A program made the translations under genes and the position numbers. Shown here one piece after another: positions 23,707-37,943 of a stretch of DNA of 64,000 bases. A model generated the notes under the pieces. It worked only from the letters and a program-made list of their open reading frames with translations, ran no database searches and was not told the origin of the DNA. Where the stretch lies: contig CM059432.1 of the NCBI GenBank assembly GCA_030390025.1, positions 107,448,001-107,512,000 of the forward strand, written 5' to 3'. Every line of letters begins with the position of its first letter. The first letter of the stretch is position 1. Source of the DNA: Squalus acanthias. Lineage: Eukaryota.

Positions 23707-24169
23707 AGAAAGAAAGACTTGCATTTATATAGCGCCTTTCACGACCACCGGACGTCTCAAAGCGCTTTACAGCCAAAGTACTTTTGAAGTGGAGTCACTG
23801 TTGTAATATAGGAAACGCGGCAGCCAATTAGCGCACAGCAAGGTCCCACAAACAGCAATGTGATAATGACCAGATAATCTGTTTTTGTTATGTTGGTTGA
23901 GGGATAAATATTGGCCAGGCCACCAGGGATAACTCCCCTGCTCTTCTTCGAAAAGAGCCATGGGATCTTTTACGTCCACCTGAGAGCAGACGGGGCCTCG
24001 GTTTAATGACTCATCCAAAAGATGGCACCTCCAGCAGTGCAGCACTCCCTCAGCATTGCACTGGAGTGTCAGCCTAGCTTTATGTGCTCAAGTCCCTGGA
24101 GTGGGACTTGAACCCACAACCTTCTGACTTAGAGGAGAGTGTGCTACCAACTGAGCCACAGCTGACACT
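23707..24169 (-). mobile_element. Full-length Deu-domain tRNA-SINE (SacSINE1-like)
   Basis: Minus strand: A box tggctcagttggtagc, B box ggttcaagtccc, central aaaagatcccatggc...gaagaagagcagggga...ggccaatatttatccctcaacc, and tail gcgctatataaatgcaagtctttctttc. The family name is recognised from memory. Confidence 0.8.
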
Positions 24170-24314
24170 ACGTGCCAAACAAAAGCGGCTGGTTTAGGGA
24201 GTGTGATGTGTTGTTGCATATCTAGCTCGTCAATGATAGGCTGACTGGTCCATCATGTCATTACAAATTCCAACTTGTTGTGAATGTTCCTTAAAAATGG
24301 CAAATATTTTGTTT

Positions 24315-26995
24315 ATTGGGGGTGCAGGAACAGAGACTTGGGATGTATGTACACAAATCTTTGAAGGTGGCAGGACAAGTTGATAAAGTTATTAAAAACA
24401 CTTATGGGATCCTGGGCTTTATAAATAAAGGCAGAGAGTTGAAGAGCAATGAAGCTATGCTAAACTTTTATAAATCACTGGCTAGGCCTCAGTTGGAATA
24501 TTGTGTCCAATTCTGGGCACCACACTTCAGGAAGGATGTCAAGGCCTTGGAGAGAATGCAGAGGAGAAGTACTAGAATGGTACCAGAGATCATAGAATCA
24601 TAGAATCATAGAAAGTTACAGCACGGAAGGAGGCCATTTCGACCCATCGTGTCCGCGCCGACCAACAAAGAGCTATCCAGCCTAATCCCACTTCCCAGCT
24701 CTTGGTCCATAGCCCTGCAGGTTACAGCATCCCAAGTGCACATCCAAGTACTTTTTAAATGTGGTTAGGGTTCCTGCCTCTACAACCCTTTCAGGCAGTG
24801 AGTTCCAGACCCTCACAACCCTCTGGGTGAAGAAATTTCCCCTCAAATCTCCTCTAAACCTTCCACCAATTACTTTAAATCTGTGCCCCCTGTTTTTTGA
24901 TGCCTCTGCTAAGGGAAATAGGTCCTTTCTATCCACTTTATCTATGCCCCTCATAATTTTATACACCTCAATAAGGTCTCCCCTCAGCCTCCTCTGTTCC
25001 AAGGAAAACAGACCCAGCCTATCCAATCTTTCCTCATAGCTAAGATTCTCTACTCCCGACAACATCCTTGTAAATCTCCTCTGTACCCTCTCTAGTGCAA
25101 TCACATCTTTCCTGTAATGTGGTGACCAGAACTGCACGCAGTACTCTAGCTGAGGCCTAACTAATGTTTTATACAGTTGAAGCATAACCCCCCTGCTCTT
25201 GTATTCTATGCCACGGTTAATAAAGGCAAGCATTCCGTATGCCTTCTTAACCACCTTATCTACCTGGCTTGCTACCTTCAGGGATCTGTGGACATGCACT
25301 CCAAGGTCCCTTTGTTCCTCTACACTACTCAGTGTCCTACCATTTAATGTGTATTCCCTTTCCTTGTTAGCCCTCCCCAAATGTATTACCTCACACTTCT
25401 CTGGATTTAATTCCATTTGCCACTGTTCTGCCCACCTGACCAATTTATTGATATCTTCCTGCAGTCTACAGCTTCCTTCTTCAGTATCAACCACACAGCC
25501 GATTTTAGTATCATCTGCAAACTTCTTAATCATACCCCCTATATTCAAGTCAAGATCATTGATATATACCACAAAAAGCAAGGGACCTAGTACTGAGCCC
25601 TGCGGAACCCCACTGGAAACAGCCTTCCAGTCACAAAAACACCCATCAACCATTACCCTCTGCTTTCTGCCTCCGAGCCAGTTTTGAATCCAACTTGACA
25701 CTTTGCCCTGGATCCCAATGGGCTTTTAACTTCGTGACCAGTCTACCATGTGGAACCTTATCAAATGCCTTGCTAAAGTCCATATACACTACATCAAACG
25801 CACTACCCTCATCTGCGCTCCTTGTTACCTCCTCAAAAAATTCAATCAAGTTTGTCAGACACAACCTTCCCTTAACAAATCCGTGCTGACTATCCTTGAT
25901 TAATCCGTGTCTTTCTAAATGAAGATTTATCCTGTCCTTCAGAATTCTTTCCAATAATTTTCCCACCACCAAGGTTAGGCTGACTGACCTGTAATTACTC
26001 GGTCTATACTTTTCTCCCTTTTTAAACAAGGGTACCACATTAGCAGTCCTCCAGTCCTCCGGCACCACACCTGAAGCCAGAGAGGATTGAAAAATGATTG
26101 TCAGGGCCTCTGCTATTTCCTCTTTTGCTTCGCTTGACAACCTGGGATACATTTCATCCGGGCCTGGGGATTTATCCACTTTTAAAGCTGCAAAACCCCT
26201 TAATACTTCCTCTCTCACTATGTTTATTTCATCTAATATTTCACACTTCTCCCCCCCGATAGCAATGTCTGCTTCGCCCCTCTCCTTTGTGAAAACAGAC
26301 GCAAAGTATTCATTAAGAACCCTACCGACATCTCCCGCCTCCACACACAGATTACCCTCATGATCTCTAATAGGCCCTACCCTTTCTTTAGTTATCCTTT
26401 TAATCTTAATATATTTATAAAACATCTTTGGGTTTTCCTTGATTTTACTTGCCAAGAATTTTTCATGCTCTCTCTTTGCTTTCCTAATATCATTTTTAAT
26501 TGCACCCCTGCACTTTCTGTACTCCTCTAAAGATTCTGGAGTATTTAGCCCTCGATGAAGGACGAAAGACTTCAGTTATGTGGAGAGACTACATAAGCTT
26601 GGATTCTTCTTCTTAGAGCAGAGACGGTTAAGGGGAGATTTAATAGAGCTGTTCAAAATTATGAGGGGCTTTGATAGGGTAATTGAGGAGAAAATTTCCA
26701 TTGCAGGAAGGTCAGTAACCAGAGGACACAGATTTAAGAGCCAGAGTGGAGATGAGGAGAATTTTTTTGCGCAGTGAGTTGTTATGATCTGGAATACACT
26801 GCCTGAAAGGGTACTGGAAGCAGATCAATAATAACTTTCAAAAGGGAATTGGATGAATACTTGAAAAGGAAAAAATAGCAGGGCGATGATGAAAGAGCAG
26901 GGGAATGGGAATAATTGGATATCTCTTTCAAAGAACCGGCACAGGCACAATAGGCCAAATGGCCTCCTTCTGTGCTATAAGATTCTATGATTCGA
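24315..26995 (+). mobile_element. Older CR1 3' fragment (24315-24590 and 26556-26995) split by a younger antisense CR1
   Basis: ...RRSTRMVP at ~24585 resumes as DFSYVERLHKLG at ~26570; tail gattctatgattc at ~26985. Confidence 0.85.
24591..26555 (-). mobile_element. 5'-truncated CR1 LINE with long RT ORFs (25646-26455, 24682-25701)
   Basis: [35 protein letters not shown]; (ATTCTATG)n tail at 24591-24612; one frameshift at ~25717. Confidence 0.95.
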
Positions 26996-27560
26996 TCAAG
27001 AATATTTAAACTCATAAGTTAAGAAGAGTAAAATTGGACTGCAGTTCGCCAATCTTCCTATCCTCAAACACTAATCTTGCAAGTTCCATGAAAGACTTTC
27101 ATGTTATTTTAACCATTTTATTGGGTTCTATTTCCTCGATGAAAACACATTGAGCTCGGTTGCTACAGATCTTTCTATGCTCCCAGTAACCACCCAGCTA
27201 AATAAGTGAAACATCAGTCCTGGTACAGCTGGCACATCCTGTTTTAAAGATACCAGAAAAAGGGATCTATGAAGCTGTGAGCTTGAGGAGGTCTGAGTCG
27301 GCCCTGTTTATACAAGTCTCCACAGGAACTCCGCTAATGTTTACTCAACAGAAGCAGCAGCCATGACAAGAACGGCCACTTGCCTGCACAGCGCAGGTGG
27401 ACAAACCAGACCCAACGTTGAGCTGAGCTCGGGCCAAGTCAGAGGTTTGGACAAGTTCTCCAAACAAACACACAAGCCAATAATATAAGAACGGGCACAA
27501 CATAGTGGTCGTACTGTAGTGTAAAAACAGACTGAATTAGTACTTTTTGTGAAAGAACTT

Positions 27561-28301
27561 GGGACTAGGAATTACGTAGCGCCCTGTTTGGGGCGATAAC
27601 TTTTCAGGGAGCGCAAAAGTATCGCTGGGCAAAAAAGATTTGCTGCTGCTGGGAACTTCCGCTTTAACGCTCCAAGAGCGAAGTGGAGCGCGAAATCAAG
27701 TGCTACCACTATCCTTAGAGCACTAAAGGGAGTGAGAGGGCAGTATTGGCAGAGCACTGAGCAATGTTCGGAGCAGTGCTGCTGTCTTTACAGGCTCCTT
27801 CCCTCCCTTAAAGCGAAGTGCCAATGTTGCGTTGAATGAATCTTCAGGCTGTGTCTGTTGGGCGATGGCACCTGGGCAACGCACATAGCAGCCCCAAGCA
27901 CTCTGAGAGAGTGCAGGACTGAGCAATCGCGGGGCAAAAGATAGCAGGAGGCACCAGAATGGGGACATAAATAAATTTTGCCCTACCTGACCGCCACTGG
28001 CTTTAAATAGCACTCCCCAAGCAGCCAGCCGAGGTGACAACGCCTCCTGCAGCTGCTGTTGTTGACACCCGGTGATGCTGCAGGGGACGGGAGCGAATAT
28101 CACTTCTGGGGCGGCAATGGGGCGCTGCGCACCGGATGACGTCACGATCTTCGGGGAGCAAGAGAGTGAGGCGGTAAGTGTTGGCGCCAGCGTAAATCCA
28201 CCAGGTGAATTCGCCGGCGCCTGGTCGGTAACCCCTTAGCGCCCCGTTACCGCCCCCTGCAGGCACTAACGGGAGGCGCAAACCAGGGGAATTTCTCCCC
28301 C
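27561..28301. mobile_element. GC-rich MITE-like element related to 41694-42375 and 59462-60063
   Basis: Shares gcgccccgttagcg-type subterminal motifs and a ...aatttctcccc end; left terminus uncertain. Confidence 0.5.
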
Positions 28302-29379
28302 TTAATGTTTTTAAACTTTTCTTTCCCGTAAAATAATTTTTACAAATAATTGTTTTAGAAGAACTTGCATTTATAAAGCGCCTAATCAGGTTCTCAGGAG
28401 TCCCAAAGCCATTGGATTACTATTTGAGGTGCAGTCACCCTTGTTTTTGCAGACAAATGCAGCAACTAATCTGCAAGATCCCACAAATAACAAATTATGC
28501 TGTTGGTTGGAGGAATGCTGGCCAGGACATGGGCAGAACTCCAGGCTCTTCTTCAAATAGTGCCATGGAATCTTTTACATCCTTCTGAACAGGAAGAGGG
28601 GGGCCTCATTTCAACACCTGACCCGAAAGATGGCAGGCTCGAATTTCCGCTGGGGCTCTCTCGGTAGTGGTTCATCAGAAACCCTGGAGAAATGGCATAA
28701 ACCTAAAGGAGTCTGTTCGCCGTGATGTTTCTTTCTTTTAAGCCCAAAGGATCACTTTACCTTGACATGCTGCGGCTAAACTCTTTCTCTCTCATTTTAC
28801 TGAACTGATCAGCTGACTCTACAATTCTCTAACATTGATAATTGACAAGAACCATTTCAGTGTCAATATTCACCATTAGCACTGGCTCCTCTTTTCCTCT
28901 CCTACTGATAAAGTTTACGGTAATGACAAGGCTTTTGCTATCCTCAAAACTTGCTAATCAACCTACTCATACCCTCAATTGGTCCAGCAGTTTAGCTTAA
29001 TTTCCTGGCCCTTTAACGCAACTCTGACTTGTTACTGTTGTTTTTCTCTCATTGAGAAGATCTTCTGACCACTGTTTCCTATTTTCCTCTTGCAGGATAC
29101 CCGAAAACAAATCCCGCTGTCTAAACCAGTCCGGTCTTGTTTGGCACTATGGGGGTGGGGGTAAATTTCTGAAGGGGGTTCTCCCGCTGGTCCATTGGAA
29201 CTGCAGCGGAAGAGCTGTGGCAAAGTTACGATGGACAAGCAGGAGAACCCCCTGGACATACACACTCTATATCCTAAATGTTGAATCCCAGCGGGCCACA
29301 ATACTTTCTTCGTCCGCAATAGAATCACTTAGAAGGAGTGGTAAGTTCGGTGTCACGCATCTGAGCCAAGGCATGAGAA

Positions 29380-30270
29380 CCAAGGGACATGACCCTGTGA
29401 CTGTTAGCAAAAATGAAAGTGGATGGAATTGGACGCAACCTATTGCCATGGATAGGGAATTGTTTAGGAAGTAGGAGACAGAGGATAGGGATAATGGGTA
29501 TGGACTCCAATTGGCAGGATGTGACTAGTGGTGTCACCCAGGGATCTGTACTGGGGCCTCAGCTTTTCACTATATTTATCAATGACTTAGATGAAGTAGA
29601 GAGCTGGACATACAAGTTTGCTGATAACATTAAGTAGTGTAGATGGGAGCAGAAAGTTGCAAAGGGACATTAATAGATTAGGTGTGTGGGCAAAACTATG
29701 GCAGAAGGACTTCAATGTGGGGAGGTGTGAGGTCATACACTTTGGACCTAAGAAAGATAGATCAGAGTATTTTCCAAATGGTAGGAAGCTAGAAACTGTG
29801 GCGGAGCAGAGAGATTTAGGGGTAAATATACGGAAATCACTAAAAGCTGGTGGACAGATACAGAAATTCATTTAAAAGGCTAATGTTGGCCTTTATCTCA
29901 AGGGGGCTGGAGTACAAAGGGGTGGAAGTTATGCTACAGCTGTACAGAGCCTTAGTCAGACCCCATCTGGAGCACTGCGTTCAGTTCTGGGCACCGCACC
30001 TCTGGAAGGATATATTGGCCTTGGAGGGGGTGCAGCGGAGATTCAACAGAATGATAGCGGAGCAAAATGGTTAAATTATGAGGACAGGTTGCATAAACTT
30101 AGCTTGAATTCCCTTGAGTTTAGAAGATTAAGGGGTGAACTGATATAGGTGTTTAAAATGTTAAAAGGATTTGATAGGGTAGATAAGGAAGAACTATTTT
30201 CTCTGGTGGGACATAATCTTAAAATTAGGGCTAGGCCATTCAGGAGAAAGATCAGAAAGAACTCTTTCAG
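29380..30270 (+). mobile_element. Decayed CR1 RT fragment
   Basis: VTSGVTQGSVLGPQLFTIFINDLD, LVRPHLEHCVQFWAP; multiple frameshifts. Confidence 0.85.
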
Positions 30271-30726
30271 TACAGTCCCAATTTTGCGATCCCAGCAAAC
30301 CGTGTGCCAGGAACGGCTGCCTGCCAGGGCCATGATGATGCACAGGGCACTGAAGTGACTGCCCAATTTTGCAGGTTCTGCTCATTTGAAAAATTGCCAT
30401 AAGCTGCCAGCATAGCTTTGATTTTCTGCCTCACAGCAGGTGTGAAACCTGGCTAGCAGGTCAAGTTCACTTAAAGGTCAGTGTCTGCCTGTGGGGCAAA
30501 TATTGTTTCAGGCATAATTAAGGTTCTGGATGGATTTTAAATATTTGTCATCCTTTGTCAAGGCTGTGGGAGGGGCAATGCCTAGTATAAGTGAAGGAAA
30601 TCCCAATCTGGAGGGATGAAATGAAGCCTGTGGAGCCACAAACCTGAGTTAAAATCGCGAGGGGGTCCCAAGTGACGTCATCGGACCCTGAGATTTGAAT
30701 ATTGGCAAGGCCTCCTGAAGCGGTGC

Positions 30727-30898
30727 CAATGTTCCCTTTAATTATTTTTTGGGTGTGCGGCCCCTTTAACAGGCTGTGCAGCCCATTCAAATTTCTGCGC
30801 ATGCGCGGTTTTTCCTATTGTAAAGCTGACAAGCGGCCTGTACGGGATCTCCAGACAGCTGCACGGTCGCGCGGCTGCACAGCTTGAAGAGAACATTG
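30727..30898. mobile_element. hAT-type MITE (TIR caatgttc / gaacattg), degenerate 8-bp TSD
   Basis: Flanks agcggtgc / ggcggggc (6/8 match); inverted homologue of 62233-62381. Confidence 0.7.
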
Positions 30899-31370
30899 GG
30901 CGGGGCACCTTCTCCATTGCCTAAATCGGCGGGGCTAAAATGGCATCAGGAACACAGCATTTAGCGCCCAACTGCCATTCCCACCGGGCAGGCAGCTTTA
31001 AAATCGGTAAACTCGACCAATAATGTCTAGTAATACACATCAAAGCAGACAATGTTATTTTACCCTCACATTAACATTCCATGGGATCATCTTCATAATG
31101 TATGTGTCTTAATATCATGAGAATCTGTATTACTGGTCCTCTGATCACAACTGGGTGACCGCATCATATGCAAAGGAACAAAAAGTGACACGGACACAAA
31201 CAACTTTCAGTTCTGACTGTGATATGATTGGATGCATCAAACTCCACGCCCATATGGGGATCATGCATTCTGTGTGTAACATCTTAACCCAAGGGACATA
31301 GTCTGAGGGCACATTTTATTTACCGAAGGAAAGCAGAGACTTTCATCCCGAAGCACTTGTATTTTGAGGT

Positions 31371-31980
31371 ACAACAACTTGCATTTATATAGCGCTTTAA
31401 ACGTAGTATAACCCAAGGCACTTCACAGGAGCGTATTCAGACAAAAACTGACTCCAAGCCAAAGAAGGAGACATTAGGACATGCGACCAAAAGCTTGGTC
31501 AAAGAGGGAGGTTGTAAGGAGGGTCTTAAAGGAGGAGAGAGAGGTGGAAAGGTTCAGGGTGAGAATTCCACAGCATAGGGCCTAGCTGGCTGAAGGCACA
31601 ACCACCAATAGTGGGGCGAAAGGATTGGGGGATGCGTAAAGATCACAGTAAACAGAGACCACACTCAAGTCTTGCCCCCAACTGTGAGGAAGTGAAGGAT
31701 GGACAAGAGGTCAGAGTTGGAGGAATGTAGAATTCTCGGAGGGGTGTAGGGCTGGTGGGGGATACAGAGATAGGAAGCGGTGAGGCCATGGAGGGATTTG
31801 AACATGAGGATGATCATTTTAAAATGGAGGCATTCAGTGACCAGGAGCCAATGTAAGTCAGTGAGCACTGGGGTGATGGGTTAGTGGGACTTAGTGCGAG
31901 TTATGATACGGGCAGCAGAGTTTTGGATCAGGTCAAGCTTATGGAGAGTGTAAGATGGAAGATATAAAGCTGTTGCTGAA
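31371..31980 (-). mobile_element. L2-clade LINE 3' fragment
   Basis: LTDLHWLLV...FKMIILMFKSLHGL..SYL and SLFDQAFG at the C-terminus; tail gcgctatataaatgcaagttgttgt. Confidence 0.8.
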
Positions 31981-33019
31981 CTGCAAACAGTGAGTTAACC
32001 TGCATTGTGGTAGTATTTACCCGTTTCCTTGGTAATAAAGTATTCCTTAGAAAATAATTGGGTTATTGTATCTGACCTGTAGGGTCCTGGTGGAAATATT
32101 TAGTGTAGCAGCAAATGAGGTAATTGTTGGCTCTGGGTCAGGCACTCATCTCTGGTTCTCGAAAAAGGAGGCTCACTTCAGGGAGCCACTGGCACAAGAC
32201 TGAAAGAGAAATGGCTGAAAACCCTGACCTGTAACAACTGTATTTGGATCTTCAATCACTTTATGACGACACTGATAGATTCTGACATTAATGGGAAGGT
32301 GCACCTGACCCCACAGTCACAGCAGTCAGTGACAGGAACAAAAACATTCCTGCAATTTTTACAGCTGTTAAAGTCACGGCTTGAAAGTATCATTATAAAC
32401 AGAAAACTGATTGCTTTATTTTGTAAAACTTTTAACAGGGCAAGTTTTAAGCAGAGCTTATCTGAAATGGGTAAACCAAATAGAAGACTGATTAAATCTA
32501 GCAAAGTATGTTAAATTACTGAAATTGTCAGTACTAATTTCCTCAATCTGCTCTCAGGAGGCAGGTCGGTCATTGAAACCTTTTAAGGAGGCTGCGCGCC
32601 TTCATTTTAACAGGATTTCTATTTTTAACCCATGTTGGCCAGGTTTCCTGGGCCTGGGAAACCTGGCAGGTAAAAGAAGGCGAGAAGGGCCAGATCCATC
32701 AGGTAAGTGCCTTTACAGCACTGCTTGTGGGCCAGGAGGAGCAGGCCTGGCTCAACAAGCTTATCTGTAAAAACCTCCCCATCCCCACGATCTCCCCTCG
32801 ACACCCTCCCCCCAATCACCGACCCACCCATCACCAATCCCCAATCACTCCTGCGATCACCGAACCCCCTCCCCGATCTCTCCCAAACCCCTCAATCTCT
32901 GACTCTCACTGACCCCGACCCATCTCTGCCCTCGATCTCCAACCCTGCTCCAATCTTCCCGACATCGACCCCCATCACCGATCCCCGAACTCTCCCACAA
33001 TCACCAAACTCCCCCTCCG

Positions 33020-36000
33020 ATCTAAGAACATAAGAACATAAGAAATAGGAGCAGGAGTAGGCCATTCGGCCCTTTGAGCCTGCTCCGCCATTCAATGAGA
33101 TCATGGCTGATCATCTGCCTCAACTCCATTCACCGGCCCTATCGCCATATCCCTTGATGCCTTTACCAGTCAGAAATCTATCGACTTCTGTTTTGAATAT
33201 ACCCAATAACTGAGCCTCCACAGCCCTCTGGGGTAGAGAATTCCAAAGATTCACCACCCTCTGTGAAGAAATTTCTTCTCATCTCAGTCCTGAATGGCTT
33301 ACCCTTTATCCTGAGGCTGTGGCCCCTGGTTCTAGACTCCCCAGCCTAGGGAAACATTCTCCCAGCATCCACCCTATCAAGCCCTGTAATAATTTTGTAT
33401 GCTTCAATGAGATCCCCTCTCATTCTTCTGAATTCAAGAGAATACAGGCCTAGTTTACTCAATCTCTTCTCATACGACAGTCCCGCCATCCCAGGAATCA
33501 ATCTCGTGAACCTTCGTTGCACTCCCTCTATGGCAAGTATATCCTTCCTTAGGTAAGGAGACCAAAATTGTACACAGTATTCCAGGTGTGGTCTCACCAA
33601 GGCCCTATATAATTGGAATAAGACTTCTTTACTCCTGTACTCAAATCCTCTTGTAATGAAGGCCAGCATACCATTTGCCTTCCTAATGGCTTGCTGCACC
33701 TGCACATTCACTTTCAGTGACTCATGTACAAGGACACCCAGGTCCCTTTGAGCATCTGCATTCCCCAATCTTTCACCATTTAGGAAATACTCTGCCTTTC
33801 TGTTTTTTCTACCAAAGTGGATAACTTCACATTTATCCACATTATATTCCATCTGCCATGTTCTCGCCCACTCACTGAGCCTGTCGAGATCCCCTTGAAG
33901 CCTCTTCACATCCTCTTTGCAACTGACACTGCCACCTAGCTTTGTATCATCAGCAAATTTGGAAATGTTACATTTAGTCCCCTCATCCAAATCATTGATA
34001 TAGATTGTGAAGAGCTGGGGCCCAAGCACCGATCCTTGCGGTACCCCTAGTCACAGCCTGCCATCCTGAAAAAGACCCGTTTATCCCCACTCTTTGTTTT
34101 CTGTCTGTTAACCAATTCTCAATCTGTGCTAGTTTATTACCCCCAATTCCATGTGCCCTAATTTTGTTCACCATCCTCTTGTGTGGGACCTTATTGAAGG
34201 CCTTCTGAAAATCCAGATACACCACATCTCAATCCCCTTTGTCTACTCCACTAGTTACATCCTCAAAGAACTCCAATAGGTTTTTCAAACAGGATTTCCC
34301 TTTCATAAATCCACGTTGACTCTGCCCAATCTTATTATTAGTTTCTAAACGCCCAGTTATCGCATCCTTTATAATAGATTCCAGCATTTTCCCAACTATT
34401 GATGTGAGGCTAACAGGTCTGTAGTTCCCCATTTTCTCTCTCCCTCCTTTCTTAAAGAGCTGGGTTACATTTGCTATCCTCCAATCTGCAGGAACCGTTC
34501 CAGAATCTATAGAATTTTGGAAGATGACAACCAATGCGTCCACTATCCCAATGGCTACCTCTTTCAAAATCCTAGGATATAGATCATCCGGTCCTTGGGA
34601 TTTATCGACTTTTAGTCCCATTAATTTTGCTAGTACTGTTTTTTTACTACTAATAATTTCTTTAAGTTCCTTATTCTCGCCACACCCTTGGTTTTCTCAT
34701 ATTTCTGGGAGTTTTTTTGTGTCTTCCTCCGTAAAGACAGAAACAAAGTATTTGTTTAATTTCTCTGCCATTTCCTCATTCCCCATTATAAATTCTCCCG
34801 TCTCTGACTATAAAGGACCTTCGCCAGTCTTTTCCTTTTCACATACCTATAGAAGCTTTTACAATCTGTTTTTATATTTTTCGCTAGTTTGTGCTCATAT
34901 TCCATTTTCCCTTTCTTTATCAATTTCTTGGTCCCCCTTTGCTGATTTCTAAAAAGATCCCAATCCTCAGGCTGACCGCTTTTTCTGGCAACTTTATAAG
35001 CTTCCTCCTTTGACTTAATACTAGCTTTAATTTCTTTTGTTAGCCATGGTTGGATCACTTTTCCTTTTGGGTTTTTATGCCCCAGAGGAATATATGTTTG
35101 TTGCAAATTATGCATTATTTCCTTGAATGTTAGCCATTGTATGTCCACCTTCATACCTTTTAGTGTAGTCTCCCAATCTACCATGGCCAACTTGTCCCTC
35201 ATACCCTTGTAGTTTCCTCTGTTGAGATTGAAGACCTTAGTTTCAGATTGGACTACATCACTCTCAAACTTAATGTAAAATTCAATCATATTATGGTCAC
35301 TTGTCCCTAAAGGCCCCTTTACCACAAGATTATTGATTAGCCCTTTCTCATTACACAGTACCAGATCCAGAATAGCCTGTTCCCTGGTTGGTTCCTCCAC
35401 ATACTGATCCAGGAAACCATCTCGCATGCATTCCAAGAATTCGTCCTCCACACCATTAGTGGTAATTTGATTTTCCCAGTCAATATGTAGATTAAAGTCC
35501 CCCATGATTACCGTATTGCCCTTGTTACATGCACTTCTAATTTCTTGATTGATACTGTGCCCTACATTACCAGTACTGTTTGGTGGCCTATACACAACTC
35601 CCACCAATGTTTTCCGCCCTTTGCTGTTTCTTAGCTCCACCCAAACTGATTCCAGTTCTACATCACGATCTGCCAAGCCAAGATCTTTTATCTCTACTGT
35701 ACCGATCTCATCCCTTATTAACAGCGCTACGCCACCTCCTTTTCCTTTTTGTCTGTCCTTCCTAAATGTTGAGTACCCTGAACATTCAGTTCCCAGCTTT
35801 GGTTACCCTGCAACCATGTCTCTGTAATGGCAATTACATCATACCCATTTACTTCTATTAGTGCCATTAATTCATCCACCTTGTTGCGAATGCTACGTGC
35901 ATTTAGATAAAGTGCCTTCAACTTTGCCTGTTTAATATTTTTCTGCACTTTGACCCTCTTTACTGTTGGCCTTTGTTTCTGCTCCCTACTAGTTTTGCTA

Positions 36001-36120
36001 TTACTTTTCTAACTTTCACTTCCAGCTTCGTTTCTCTCTGTTCTGGGCCTGTTCTGGTTCCCAGCCCCCTGACAAACTTGTTTAAATCCTTCCCAACAGC
36101 ACTAGCAAACCCCCCTGTGA
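33020..36120 (-). mobile_element. CR1 LINE (ORF2 EN + RT, frameshifted) inserted into the C-rich core of a MITE (~32540-36526)
   Basis: ORFs 35727-35948, 34786-35676, 34229-34621, 33992-34225 and 33346-34029; (TTCTTATG)n tail at 33022-33045; C-rich CGATC tract on both sides. Confidence 0.92.
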
Positions 36121-36726
36121 GGATTTCCTCTCGACACTCCCATCACCAACCACCCTCATCACTAATCCCCGATCTGCCCCGCGATCATCGAACCCCCTCC
36201 AATCTCTCCCTGACCACACCCCCCCCCGATCTGTGTCCGACCTCTCCCCGATCTTCGACCCCCTGCGATCACCCCCCACCCTCTCAACCACGCTGTACCC
36301 ACCACCCCCGGCGATCTCTATCCCCAACAACTACTAAACCGCCCTGATCCTGGGCTGCGGCCTTTTCTGGAGTGTTCCCCGCTCGACACTCAGCCAAGCC
36401 GGTCAACGAGACTGGCTTCCAGGCGGGGAATCTGTTCAACAAAAATCACGTACTCCATGGCATTTGGGGAAACCCGTACTTCCACTCATCCCGCTCCAAA
36501 ACCCACCCCAGTAAATATCGGGGCCACTAAGTCCTTTTCATAAATATTAAGATCTGAATAATAATTACTGAGACTGGTAAAACAAGACATTAAACATTTG
36601 GGCCGCCAGCATTTTTAACTAGCATAGCAACACCTTCTTTGCCAATATAACACAAATGTCTGTATTTAAAGCATCAAACGTTTACATTTCAAGCTTTTAA
36701 CGCAAAAAAACCTCTACGACACTTAC

Positions 36727-37274
36727 TATAAACTTGTTCAACCCTGCCCCTCCAGCATTCCCAATGAAAATTCCTGAACTTGGCTCAAAAAATAACGCCC
36801 GAGGTGACCGTGTGAAGTGACTCTGCTGATATTCGTCGCAATCCAAGTACAAGGTGACAACCTTGTCCTGAATGGACAAAGCAAACCGAGTCCATTTGCC
36901 AGTCATGGACGACACCTCAAACGAGGCAACCTCATGGGAGGTCTGAGAACCAGTTTCCGTGTAAAAAAGGACGATCCGTTGGTTGTCGTTCCAAACCGCA
37001 GTTAGCTTCACTCCCAAGTAAATAATATTCTGGTAGGAATTAGTAATTGCAAACAGCACCCCACCATCATCACTAGCTGGCTTGATAGTCACAAGGATTG
37101 CAAAGTCTCTGTAGAAAGACTGAGGTATCATGGTCTTCGTCAGTCGACCAATGTTTGCATCTGGCCCAAAGCTGTACGCTGGAAAGCCTTCATATCCTGT
37201 GATGAATGCGACGGACGGTGGTAGAGGAACTCCAATCAGCCCAGTCAGGTCAATATGATCATTGGATCCTCTCT
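36727..37274 (-). CDS. COL15A1: Collagen XV alpha-1, thrombospondin-N/laminin-G (TSPN) domain exon, 548 nt
   Basis: The translation (E)RGSNDHIDLTGLIGVPLPPSVAFITGYEGFPAYSFGPDANIGR...GGVLFAITNSYQNIIYLGVKL...EPSSGIFIGNAGGAGLNKFI matches the collagen XV TSPN (the HLDLTxLIGVPLPxSVxFxTGY motif). Acceptor ttttgcag|AG, donor ATA|gtaagt. 548 nt is the size I recall for mammalian COL15A1 exon 3. Confidence 0.95.
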
Positions 37275-37943
37275 CTGCAAAACAAGAAAAAAAGGTAAAT
37301 GTTTCTCCTGTCACTGTTAATTAATGTGAACGGACTGCCTTTCACTTTCCATGGATATGTTTTCTTTAAATATGTGCGCCGGGGATTTCCAGATCGGGCC
37401 TCTGTAACTTCGGCCGAAACTCCCACCGGATACACGGTATTTCTGCCCATCTTCTGCCGAGGCTACGGTGGCCCGATCGAGAGGAATTCCGGGCGTGGAT
37501 CACCTGGAAACTTAATACTTTCATTTTTAAAGTCGAAAGGCATGAAGCAAAGAAATTTACATCGTCTTAGATCTGGCGGGTTCACTTCCGATGTTGATGT
37601 CACTCATAAAGGGTGATATTCTATGGGGAGGGGGTAACTTTCAGCTTCACCGCCTGGGCGGTGACCTGGCGGAGTGGATCGGATCTGGTGGCCAGTGAAG
37701 AATCTGCCCATCTTTTATCCCATTGGGTTCTACACGGGGGAGGGAGACTGAGGTGGGTGGGGGAGGGATCTGCTCTGGCAGACCACTACCCAGGAGCATG
37801 GGTGGCAGGGAACAAGGGCTGCTTGGGTTTTACCAGGCTGCTCACTTGCACAAAGTGCAGCGCGTTTGGTGGCTATAAACACAGAGGGGGGCATTTTAAC
37901 CTAAAGAAAAACGGGTGGGTTGGGGGCGTGTGGGACGTTTATT

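Noticed and set aside
24090..24169. Genuine tRNA genes at the SINE heads
   Set aside because: The A/B boxes are followed by SINE bodies and there is no clean cloverleaf.
36697..37314. Assignment as COL18A1, or as a stand-alone 205-aa protein
   Set aside because: The HIDLTGLIGVPLPPSV and FPAYSFGP motifs fit collagen XV better. The ORF ends are intronic read-through beyond clear splice sites.
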